DNA of 64,000 nucleotides. Source: Marsupella aquatica. Lineage: Eukaryota > Plantae > Marchantiophyta. Where the stretch lies: contig OZ316899.1 in the NCBI GenBank assembly GCA_973895155.1, positions 8,862,187-8,926,186 of the forward strand, written 5' to 3'. A program made the position numbers and the translations under genes. The notes under the pieces are model-generated. The model was not told where the DNA came from. It searched no databases and worked only from the letters and a program-made list of their open reading frames with translations. Shown here one piece after another: positions 34,290 to 46,132 of the stretch (its first letter is position 1; each line of letters starts with the position of its first letter).

Positions 34290-37200
34290 TCACAACGGCG
34301 ATAGGCCGCTTCGCTTACGATAGCTTCCAAGGATCTCTGAGGCATTACCCAAATTTTCCTCCGGTTCCCAAGTACTCTCCACCTGATCATAGCCAACCCA
34401 CTTCACCAAATACTCTAAGATTGGCCTTCCCAACTTGTGTTTGTAACGGTGGTCCAGAATTGCCTCCACCTCAAACTCCTCAGCGTCCTCCACCAGCATG
34501 GCGTCCGAATGCAAGACCTGATCCCGGTTGGGATCATTGTCTCTGACAAACTTCTTGAGCCGGCTAACATGGTAGCTTTTGCCCACGCCCATTTCCTTGG
34601 GTGTCTCCAACACCACCAAAACCGGATTATCCTTGTGGGCCCATCGGATAATGCGATAGGGCCCCGCATATCTGGGAGCCAGCTTCCTACTTATGTTCCC
34701 GTGGTATTGCTCAGGTCTCAACTGCAACCAGACGCTCTCCCCAATTTCAAAGCTTACCTGGCGTCGCTGTTTATCCCCTTGCTCCTTGTACCGACTTTGG
34801 GCAAGGGTCATACCCTTGGTAGCCGCTTCCACAACTAGGCGCCGCTCTCGAATAAAATTGTCCGCAGAAGGAACCTTGCTTTCCGTCCGCCAAGCTTCTG
34901 GATTTATAAACCAGGAGGGCGCCCTTGGCGTCCTCCCTGTGGCCAACACAAACGGCGCAAACCCCGTCGCCGAATGCTTGGTTGAGTTATACCTAAACTT
35001 GGCCATTGTTAAAGGCTGTGCCCAATCCTTCTGATTGGCCGTCACAAAGTGACGCAAGTAGTCCTCCACGATACCATTAACCCGTTCCGTTTGGCCATCT
35101 GTCTCGTGATGATACGCTGATCCCCTAGTCAAGTCTGTTCCAGATAACCGGAACAAGGCCTTCCAAAAATGGCCCGTGAACTTGGTATCGTGGTCAGACA
35201 GGATATGCAACGGCAATCCCCATTGTCGGAAGACATTGTCAAATACTAGATTGGCAACCTCTCGGGCCGAAACCATCTTCGTAGTAGGCAAGAAATACGC
35301 CATCTTGGAAAAACAATCCACGATTGTTAAGATGGAGTTATTGTCGTGGGACTCAGGTAACCCAACAATGAAGTCCATGGAGATAGACTCCCATGGAGCC
35401 GCAGCTATTGGTAAGGGTTGTAGTAGTCCTCCTTTTGCCCTATAGACCGTTTGGTTCTTTTGGCACAAGTAACAACTTTGCACGTGTTGAAGGACCGATT
35501 GCTTCATGTCCGGCCAATACACATCTCGCGACATGCTGCGATACATAGCGGCTTGTCCTCCATGCCCTCCCCAGGGTGAGTCGTGGTACTTTTGCAGAAC
35601 CTCTAACCTTAGAGACTCCGGTATGTACACACGCCTCTGCTTGTATCGCCATAACTGGACATTATGCGTCTTATCCAATCCCAACGATACGTGCATTACC
35701 TTGCCTTGGCTACCCCCATTGCTTTGCCATTCCTTAGCTTACCTGTCATCCCCATACGCTGCGGCCAGAACCTTTGGCCACTCGGATTCGAGCATCGTGA
35801 TCCCATTGACCCGATGTTGGTCCTTACGCAATAATGCATCCACTGCCGTATTTGTCTTCCTTGGAACGTGGCGGACTTCAAAATCAAAATCCGCCAAGAA
35901 CATCTGCCAGCGCATTTCCTTGGGGTTCAGTCTTGGCTTAGAACTGAAGTACCCGATTGGCAAGCTATCTGTGTGGATTACCACTTTGGGACCGTTCTTA
36001 AGGTAAATCTCCCACTTCTTCAATGCATAGATCACAGCATATATTTCCCTTTCCGGCGTGATCCAGTGATTTTCCAACTTACATGACTCAAAGGCCACAG
36101 GACGCCCATCTTGGTGAAGACAGGCGCCAATGGCATAATCACTTGCGTCTGTCCAAATCTTGAACGGCTTCCCCATCTCAGGTAACTTTAGAACCGGCGG
36201 CGTTATCATTAACCTCTTAAGTTCTAGGAATGCTAACTTGCAATCCTGTGTCCACACAAACACTTTGTTTTTCAACGTTCGCGCGTTTAGGGGCCTCGCG
36301 ATCCTTGCATAGTCTTTCATGTATCTCCGATAGAACCCCGTAAATCCTAAGAAGGCTCTAACTTGCCTTACATTGGACGGGCGCTCCCATTCTTTGATCT
36401 CCTTAAGCTTGTCCTGACTAGGCGTAATCCCTTCCGGGGTAAAGGTATGGCTGAGGAACCGAATCTCGTTCATCGCAAACTCGCACTTGCTAGGTTTAGC
36501 AAAGAGACAAGCCTTACGAAGGCGAGAGAACACTTCTCTGAGCAACTGCTCATGTTCCTCCAACATTTTCGAGTAGATTAGGATGTCGTCAATAAAGACG
36601 ACCACTCCTTGGTCCAACAAGTCATGAAAGATGGTATTCATCATCTTCATGAACGTTGCGGTTGCATTACACAACCCAAACGGCATAACCAAAAACTCAT
36701 AGGATCCAAACCTTGTGCGCATCACGGTCTTATACTCGTCTCCCTTAGCCATGCGGATCTGGTAATACCCAGACCGCAAGTCCACCTTTGACAACTTCTT
36801 AGCCCCGGAGAGGCAATCGAAGAGGTCATTCATATGAGGTAACGGGTACTTGTTCTTTACCGTCTGCTTATTGAGGGCCCGGTAATCTGCGCACAATCTC
36901 AAAGTACCATCCTTTTTGGACACAAGCAGCGCGGGCGCCCCGTAAGGACTCTTACTAGGGTGAATGAACCCTTGGTTGATCAACTCTTCCAAGGCGTTCT
37001 TCAACATCATTTGCTCGTTCAGGTTCAGATGATAAGGAGCTTTAGCTTGAGGACCCGATCCTGGCTCCAACTCAACTTGGTGATCCACTTCTCTCCGCGG
37101 GGGTAAACCTTTAGGTAGCTTCTGCGAGAGCACGTCGTTGAATTCCTCTAAAATTTCAGGAATTCTACCGCAGTCGGGCCCGACCTTAGCTGACTTGACC

Positions 37201-39479
37201 TTTGGTTGCGACGCAGCCTCCTTAGTTGGGTGGAGATGAAAGAAGAAACATTCATGTCCACCCTTGAAGTCTTTCCACCATTGCTTCGCCGATACACACG
37301 GAGACATCCATGACACTTTACTTACTTTAAGAAATCTTTCTTTATTTTTGGTAATTTTGTGTACAACGATGGGCTCACAACCCTTATTGGGAAAATGGAG
37401 CACCTCACCCCCTGGTTTCAAGGTAACATTGTGTTTTTTGAGATAACCTACCGACAAAATGAAGTCTACGGCTAGACCGTCTAGAACATAGAACATCTCT
37501 TGACTAACAAAATTTTGTTGTTCGCCTATGACCTCTACCTGAAGTCTATGCACTACCCTTGACACTATCCCCTTCGTGTCATTGGCGAACTTGCGCACTA
37601 ACGGTTGTAGCAACTCTTGCACGTCCACCCCAAGACAAGCTGCCGCCTGCCCACTTATGAAGCAGGCGGTCGTGCCTGTATCCACCAAAGCAACACCCAG
37701 ATTACCGTTAGAAGTGACATTCACAAAAATCAGTTTTTCAGGATCCATTGTCTTAACTTTAGGTATCTTCTCTCGCAACAACACCTTCTCTCCGTTAGGG
37801 ACATCCCCTACAGGGACCTTGTCAGCTACTAAGGGTTTGGTTAGAGTGATACTTACCTTAATGCTCTTTTGCCCTCCACCATCTCCGTTTGGTTTGCCAC
37901 CTTTTGTGGAACAATCCTTACTTTGATGACCCATGGCACCACATGTGAAGCACGAACCTTCAACCCACCTCGGCTCCATGGTTGCCTGCTTCTTTGCTTT
38001 CTGTGCCAATGAGACTCCTTTCTTAAAGTTGCCGGCCTTCCGGTTTCGCTTAGCTTCTCCATTCTGGGGCTGGGGGATCCAAACCACCGGCCCCCACCCC
38101 CTCAGGTTGCTTACGCTTATTCCTGGGACCTTTTGCTCTCCCAGCTTCCCCCTCGGATCCCTTGCCACCCACCTTTGCCAAGTTCAGACGGTTATTCACT
38201 AACGTAGTGGCCTTGTCGAAGGCGTCAGAAAGCGTTTTGAACTCATGACGCTTTTCCTGCAACTTTTCCCTGAGCAACGGTGGGAGCTTCACGATAAAGT
38301 TGTGAAGATGTGTATGTAGGGTCTCTTGTCCCGCCGGGATACACGCCAGCTAATTCTGGTAATAAGTGATGAACTTTTGGATATCACCCCTGAAGCTCAT
38401 CTCCATTACACATTTATGAGCGTGTCGTTCCGGGTACTTAGTGGTGACATGAGCACGGAGACCCTCAACCAGGTTTTCCCAAGTTAACGGCAAGGAGGAA
38501 TCGTCTCGCGACTTCTTCCATGATTGTACCAAGTCAAGGCATAGTCCTTCAGGTAAGGAGCGGCTACGGTAGCCCAAGTGGAACGCTCAACGCACGCTTG
38601 GAGATGAATCTCCATCGTGGAGAGCCAACTCAGAAACTTTTGTCCACTTTGTTCGTAGGCCCCGTTGTAAGTTGGAGGAGTCGGTAGCTGGTTCACTTGG
38701 AACATACTCTGTCCAACTACCATTCCCCCCTCGGGACGCGACACACTCTGACTACCCAGACTAAGTAAGTACTTAATCTGGGCCCCCTTGTTGTGTTCCA
38801 ACTGCTTGTAGATGAGTCGTTGGTCTTGAGTCAACGGACCCAGACCGTTGTCAGCGGCCGAGCCCTTGCAGGTTGTATGAGGACGGTCCTCCAACCGTCT
38901 TTCCTTTGCGGGCCGCCTGTCCTTAGGTTCTCTTGTGGATTTTGGTGATACCCCCCGCGTCTTGCGAGCACCATGACCTCCTGGGACTGAGGTATCACCC
39001 GCGTCATCCTGGTTATGCTTGGTCAACTTATCCATGATGACGTCCGGCTCGACATCATCCTTTGGTTCCGCATTCAACCCTCTCAAGGCTGGAATCAATT
39101 CCTCCTCTGGGTCCTGACCCTCTTCCTCTATTTCAGCTTCAGCCTTGTCGTAGCTTCCTTCTGCATTGGAGTCATCGTCATCCGACCCATCCTCTGAAGG
39201 ATTGGCCACCTCCTTCCCTTTAAGTCGACGGTGCTTTGCACTTGACGTGTTCACCGCAGCGGTCGACGGTTTGACCGTTGCGTCTTCTTTGTCCTGCTTA
39301 AAACGTTCGTCTAGGGAAGTTGACCCGTCCTCCTTCTGTTCATCTTGGACTTGGGCTCTCCCCTTGGTGGGGGGAGCCTGTTTGCCACTCTTTGATCGAG
39401 TGTTTTTAGCCATATTCCCAGCGACCGAATCTGCCCGCAGTTGACCCGCCGGGCACGTTAAAGCATTAAGTCCCCGCAA
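34290..39479 (-). pseudogene. Chromovirus gag-pol with C-terminal chromodomain
   Basis: CFTCGAMGHQSKDC, ALVDTGTT, FIDDIL, WTDASDYAIG, ISMDFIVGLP, GPY motif, FEVEAILDHR...YLVKWVGYDQVESTWEPEENL; frameshifts present. Confidence 0.95.
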
Positions 39480-39558
39480 AAATCCGCTAAGATTTTTGGA
39501 TTCTGACGTAGCACAACCCCGGCCCGGTGTCTATGCCAGCAATCGCTCTGATACCACA

Positions 39559-41050
39559 AGAGGTGGACCTTGCCACCCAACGCCCTCACCAATCCCAGCA
39601 CTCACGCCTAAGTGCCCTTGGTGCCCAAATGCCTCCACGGAATACCTTGAGCAAGTAACCTAGTGCCCCTTGCAAGGCCAACGGCCCCTCCCATACGAAG
39701 CCGCACTTGCTCTCTAACACGACCGCTACTCAACGGTCCTCCCTATCTGCACAAGCAACCAAACACCTCGGTAAGTAACCCTTCAGGATCTAGAACTCGT
39801 CAAGTCTAGCATCCTAACTCAAGTTCGACAGACGTTGGTAAATAGGTCAGCGATAGGTCCTCCCGATGCCATAAGCCGGATCTAGAACCCACGCTCACCG
39901 TTCGTCCAGAACAGCTCCTTCCTTGGGCGCGGCCCGGGTTCCCCCTTGTACCTATCCATCACCAACTGACTGCCCTGACCTCAGGACATGCTCATGGCCC
40001 AAATAGCGTAGCTTGTCCTAAAGTTTGTCCCAAGCTTGTCTCAACACACCAGGACCAGAACAGCCCCGACTCTAACAACCGCTCCCGGTTTGCCCCACTG
40101 ATGGTCTAGGGACCGAGCGACCTTGGGACTCAGCCTCCATACCTACTTGGCCTTGCCTCCCCAACGCAAGCTCCCTTGGGAGGCTGAACGCGGCTTGGCT
40201 GTTGTTCAGCAGGATTTGGCAAGCGGGCTAGCTAACACCCGCAAACCATGAGAACCCATGGCACCCCCAGACCCATCTGAGCTCAGGAAGGCGTAGCCCT
40301 CCTCAAGAGATTTCCAACGCACCCAAGAAGTCCTCCAACGGACTTTCCGTTGGGGAGATATCACCATTTCCGTTTGGCGGTTTCCCTTAGTGTCGCGACC
40401 GCCGCGACTCACGACTTTGGCTCGGCCTTAGCCCCCAAGGAGACAACACTCCCCTCATATATGCTTTTGGAGACCTGCCACCCCCGGACCAGCTTTGGTC
40501 CCTAAACATTTGGCCCCCAACCCGGATCCCATCGCGCATAATGGGTGCGCCACCAACTGGCAACGCCCATAACTTTCTTGATAGGCATCCGCAAGCGGAG
40601 TGTCTTAGCCCGTTGTGACCGGGCTGACCCAGTGCTCATGCCTAGGTCCTCAGGTCTGATTGCCACTTGGGGCCCCCGACCGCCCAACCCGGATCGGGCC
40701 ACAACTTGCGCCCCAAGCGTCCGTTGCCAATGGTGTCAACTCCATTGGCCTTGGGCCCAAGAGAGCTCACTCCTAAGCCCTCAGAACTCAAAGTCCATCC
40801 GATGGTCCGGACGGTCATCCTTGAGCCCGGCCCATTTCCCCTTGACCCGACCAGCCATAGGCTAGTCCAAGTCCTTAGTGTGTGTCCTCAGCTTGGCCCC
40901 TTGCCTCGCCAGTGCCACGTCTCATTGCCCACAAGTCTCCCCATGCTAAGTCCTCCCCGGATGGCCTATCCGGGCCTGGACCATAAGGGAGCTCGGCGTC
41001 GGAGTCAGCGATGCCGGAGCTAAGTGTTAAGGTAGTCGAGTTCCACGACT
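39559..41050 (-). repeat. Chromovirus 5-prime LTR (about 1.49 kb)
   Basis: Runs from the PBS to the end of homology with 32963-33851; inner boundary inferred from the PBS only. Confidence 0.75.
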
Positions 41051-41436
41051 ATATAACACACATACCAAACATACGGATCTAGACAGTACGATACACTCTA
41101 ACACTACCTAGAATGGTGTGACAGCTGTCGTGAGCATACACATCGCTACACAACATACATTGCTTGTCACATACATCCAGACATAGTCACACTACCACAT
41201 CACAAACACAAGAGAATGGAATACAAGTGGAACTCATGTCCACACATGTCCAAAACCCACAATCGCCCCCCTAGCTGGGAGTAAGGTCCCCTAACTCTAG
41301 CTAGCCATGAGTTCTACAAGGTTGATATACATCTTTTTAGGTGTGAAGATCAGGAGGCCGGGTGCAAGTGAGCCCCATCGATCACCTACCTGCAATCCAT
41401 ATCTTCCAAGAGAACACAAATGATAACTAGTTGACT

Positions 41437-44400
41437 TCACCAACACTGAGGACACAACCATGATCCACTAGGAATCACCTGCAATGGTGGTGTCAAACAT
41501 GACATGTGCCATCCTCTAGAACACTTATCACAAATCAACATAGTAATTGCTCCCTAAGCAGATCCACACAACATACATTTCAAGCCAGCACGAACATGTG
41601 CCAAGCTTGGATCTACTGCACCATCAATGTTGGGAAGGTGACATGGTGCACAGTTGTGCACATGATCCTTTCAAACCATACCATCGCGTCCCTCCAACAT
41701 CAGGACACCAGAAGGCAACACTTCACGCACACATAAGATCGTCCGGCCTGTGGTCACATCAAGTGTCGTGGGTGCTGTCTGCTACAAATAAACATAATCA
41801 CCAGGATGAAATCGTTGAATGCTTGCACCGTAACCTCCTCCACGAATAGTGACATACCTCAAAGTATCATGATGTTGGGCAATGGCAAGGTTGTCAAAAG
41901 CCATGGGCATCACTCTCTGAAATACCCGTGCTCTCTCTAAACACACCTTGACCAAAACATCAGGATCATCCAAGTTCACAACTGGTGCAACATCACGAAG
42001 AATAGCTGCTGGCAAATCTGGCTCTCTACCATAGAGCAAAAAGTAAGGTGAGAAGGATGCAAGTGATGCTTGCCGACTGAAACGGTAGCCCATAGCTAAC
42101 CAAGGTAGCTGGAGATCCCAATCTCCTAGATGACCAACCTGCAAGCCATACTTACGCAATCCTCTCTTCACAGTTTGCATAACTCTCTCAGTTAATCCAT
42201 CTGCCTGGGGTATTTACAAACGACAGGAAACAACAAACAGTAACAGAAAACAAAAACTGGTAACAGGAAAATGAGTGGTAAATTTTTTTGAAATTTTTTT
42301 GAATTTGTTTTTTTTTGCTAGCGCCCAAAGCTAGCAAAAAATGTTGTAACTTAGATTTTTTTGGAAAATGAGACTTTTTAGTAAATATTTTGACATTGTT
42401 ATTTTTCCTGGAAAAGTAACTTTTTGCTGGTAACAGAAAAAAAATTCCTGGTACCAGTAAACCTGTTTCTTGTTTACTGTCACGCGTGCCATACCCATCT
42501 GCCTTAGGATGATCACAAGAGGTAGTACGATGATAAATCAAATCTTGTTCACACAAACTCTCAAACTCTCCACGGAACTCAGTTTCCTTATCAGTCAACA
42601 CCTCAGCTGGTGCTCCAAAATGACTGAGTACACGATCCAAAAATGTAGCAGCAACTCCTCCACTGACTTTATCTGGCAACGCCACTAGCTCAATCCACTT
42701 GGAGAAGTGCTCCACCATGACCAAAACATACTTATTATGATGTTGGGTAAGAGTTAATGGACCAGCAAAATCCAAACTCCAACGATATCCCAAACCCATG
42801 ATCGGCAACGGGTGCAACTGGGGAGTGGGAGCATTAAATAATGCTCTCACTCTATCACATACCACACACTTAACTATCAACTATTGGACATGAGTGTGCA
42901 TACCACGCCACCAATATTGTGTCTGCAGCAAGTTGTAAGTGCGCTTCACACCAAAGTGACCCAACTCCTCGTGTGCATGTCGCACCAAATGTACTTGTTG
43001 TGATGGTTTTGGTACCACCAACACCCTACCATCATGCAATACTCTCAAAAGATGGTTTCCCTCCCATCGAAACCTCTTGGCTCTCTGTAGAACCCTGTCA
43101 CGTTCTTTGGCATCAACACTGCCAACAATAGAACCACTGTGCAGATATTCCAACACTCTCACATCATTCTTGCTGTCCAGAAGTTACCTCACCAACATCC
43201 ACATTTGAAGACTCATCATCCACTCCATCCAATGAGGTAGAGTTCACAGATCCACTATATGCTGGCACCCAACAAAGAAAGGCAGATGCATGCCATCCTG
43301 GCACCATCTCCTTATTTGACTCATCATGCCATCTGGCTCCAGTGACTGGTACATGGATTGTGACTTAATCCATCTGCATCCAAGTTCACTTTTCTAGGCC
43401 TATGCACCACCTGGAAATCATACTCTTGTAACAACAATGCCCATTGTGCAAGTTTCCCTATAAGCTTGTTAGACTCCATTAACCACTTAAGAGGCTGATG
43501 ATCAGTGATCAAAGTGAAGGGGTTACCAAACAAGTAGCAACAAAAGTGTGCAACAGCCCACACTGCTGCCAAACACTCTCCCTCATAAGAGTTATACTTA
43601 GCCTCTGCTGAATTGTTTGATCTACTGGCATAAGCCACAATAAACTCATTCCCCTCATCATACTTTTGAGTCAGCACTACTCCAAGACCTACTCCACTCC
43701 AATCAGTGTGTAGCTGAAATGGTCTGTCTGAAATGGGTCTTCTCAAAATAGGGGATGATGCCAACCTTTGCTTCAACTCCTGAAAGGCATGCTCCTGGTC
43801 ATCATCCCAAATCCATTCCTGATCCAACTTAGTGAGTACGGTCAAAGGTTTAGCAAGCTGGCTAAATCCTTTAACATACCTCCTATAGTAGCTCGCCAAT
43901 CCCAATAATGCACGAACTCTACTCACATCAGTAGGACAAGGAATCTGTGTAATGGCCTCCACTTTAGTCTACTGTACACCCAATCCCCCTGGGTATATAG
44001 TGTGGCCCAAATATTCAATCTGGTTTTGGAAGAACTTACACTTGCTAGGATGGAGCTTCAACCCATGTGCTCTCAATCTCTCCAACACAATCTGCAAGTG
44101 CTGCTGATGTTCTTCCACAGTAGAAGAATAAACCAAAATATCATCAATATAACATCTGACAAAATCCAAACGTGCAAGGATTTGATCCATGACTCTCTGG
44201 AACTTAGCTGGTGCATTCTTCAACCCAAATGGTAAGAATAACCACTGATACAAACGATTTTTGTCATAAGAATCAATCCCCCATAATGTTGTCTTGGACC
44301 TGTCAGCATGCCTAATTGGAAGCTAATGGTACCCTACCCTCAGATCCAATGAACTGAAAACCTTTGCATGTCCCACAGCATCAAAGATCTCCTCAAGTGT

Positions 44401-44724
44401 GGGCATGGCATATCTATCAGATTTTGTCTGGTGATTAATGGGTCTGTAATCACCACACATGCGCCTATCTGTGTAATTGCCATGCACATCCTTCTTGGTT
44501 GGCATCACTGTGGCAGATGCATACTCCCCATATGAAATCTCCACCAATCCAGCCTCCAACAAATCTTGAGTTCTGCTTTGAATCAGAGCTCTCTCCATGT
44601 CACTATAACGGTATGGCCTACAAAAGATTGGAGCATCACTAGCCAATTCAATCTGAATACCAGAACCCTTTAATGTCCCCAAATCCTTCATGCTAAATGC
44701 AAAACAATTCCAGTAACTCTTCAA
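41437..44724 (-). pseudogene. RT, RNase H, integrase and C-terminal PHD finger of the DNMT-Gypsy
   Basis: RMCGDYRPIN, PFGLKNAP, YIDDIL, LHTDWS, HEELGHFG, WSLDFAGPL; 41577-41443 reads CMLCGSA*GAITMLICDKCSRGWHMSCLTPPLQVIPSGSWLCPQC (C4HC3 PHD, absent from the ORF track). Confidence 0.9.
42208..42496. mobile_element. 289-bp MITE, probably Mutator-type, inserted in the integrase
   Basis: Ends GGGTAT...ATACCC with further imperfect TIR (GACAG.AAACAA.AAACAG); flanks ATCTGCCTG / ATCTGCCTT (9 bp, one mismatch); removal restores HPKADGLT. Confidence 0.8.
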
Positions 44725-44925
44725 GAATCAATGCATGCGACGTCTCTCCTCCCCTGTCAACTTAGGGCCAAGCTGTGGTTCTCAACTCTCCACCAAATCC
44801 CTAATATCTCTTTGTAGGGTAGAAGAGATAGTTGATGATTGCTATTTAGCAATAGATTGAGCAGTCTCTTCCTGCTCAACAATCTGTCCAGCCTTGGCTA
44901 ATCCTGCCATAGGTCCATGGACTGT

Positions 44926-46108
44926 CTACTTGCCCCCAATTGTGGTCAGTACTATCTCAGTGGATCGCAAGCTCACCAAGGGACAATTAGTAATTCCAAC
45001 AAAGCGCATCCACAACTGTTCAGCTACTCCCAAGCTCATAATCCAAGTCAAACAATTCAGATCCATTGCTTGACCAAGAACCTGGCGCAGCAAACCCTCT
45101 GACACGGAGGCAACTACAGTGGTGCCAGTCAAAAATCCCATAGCACGCTCTCTCTCATCAGCAGTAGGTTCCACTAACTATTGGAGAGTTGTGTCCCACA
45201 CAAGTCCAGGGCCACCTGATCTGAATGCATATGAAGCAGAGTGGCTTACAGGAGTGGGTAATGCACAACGTGGGCGCCCAACTGCATTGACCATTGCCAA
45301 TGGGAGGGCAATCAGGGTGGGTCACACCCTGTGCACGACACCCTGGATCCAAAATATCATCCACCACTAAGGCTGGTGAGCGTGGAATGCTATCAAATGC
45401 GCGCTTCAGCACCTCACATGGGATCAAATTAATCCACCACAAGCGTGGACAATGTGCACAAGAACCCACACGTGCAGCATCCAATAACACAGCAGGTCCA
45501 ATCCAAGACCTCACCTGGTGAACACTGGCAACAATCCGACTACGATCATCACCTAACAATGGCACATTCTCCAAAATGTATGCTGGAGACTGTGTCTGAT
45601 GTAGTTGGAGATGACGCAGCACCCGTAACATCTCCCAAAACAATGCAGAGTGTGGATCATGAAATCCATGCCCAACGCCAGCTCTAGATTGGCCCTGACA
45701 TGGCCAACCAGCAATCACCAAATCAATGGGGCCAACACGATGCAGATGATCCGTCCCCAACAATGAAATATCAGGAGGTAGTGCATGCTGATAACCACGA
45801 ACAACATCCACTGGCAGCAATTGTGGATATCTATCCACCAACATAGCCACATGTCGCAATGAGACGCTCCGTGCTGTCTCATCTGTCTCCACATACAAAT
45901 AACAATGCACAAGAATTCCTACCTGAAGAACAACAGCCAATCCAGTGCTAATCCCACCAAAAAGATCCAACAAACAAATACCCTCTGGTGGATACTGCCA
46001 AGCAATAGGAGTGGTATCCAATGGTGAAAGAGTCACCGGTCCATCTGCAAGAGATTGCTCTACTCCTGACTGTGGTGTAAAAGCATGACGCCATGCATTA
46101 TGTACCAA
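44926..46108 (-). pseudogene. C5 cytosine DNA methyltransferase domain (DNMT3/Dcm-like) within pol
   Basis: Motif I LDLFGGIS, motif II YVETD, motif IV DLVIAGWPCQG (catalytic PC), motif VI ILENV, C-terminal ERERAMGF...RQVLGQAMD. Confidence 0.92.
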
Positions 46109-46132
46109 GCGTGCTGTTGCCTATGGCAAGGC

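Larger units (their letters stand above)
32963..41050 (-). mobile_element. Ty3/Gypsy chromovirus, 3-prime LTR truncated
   Basis: Direct repeat 32963-33851 = 40163-41050; Met PBS (reverse) 39545-39556; PPT G-run near 33856-33865; gag-PR-RT-RH-IN-chromodomain. Confidence 0.93.
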
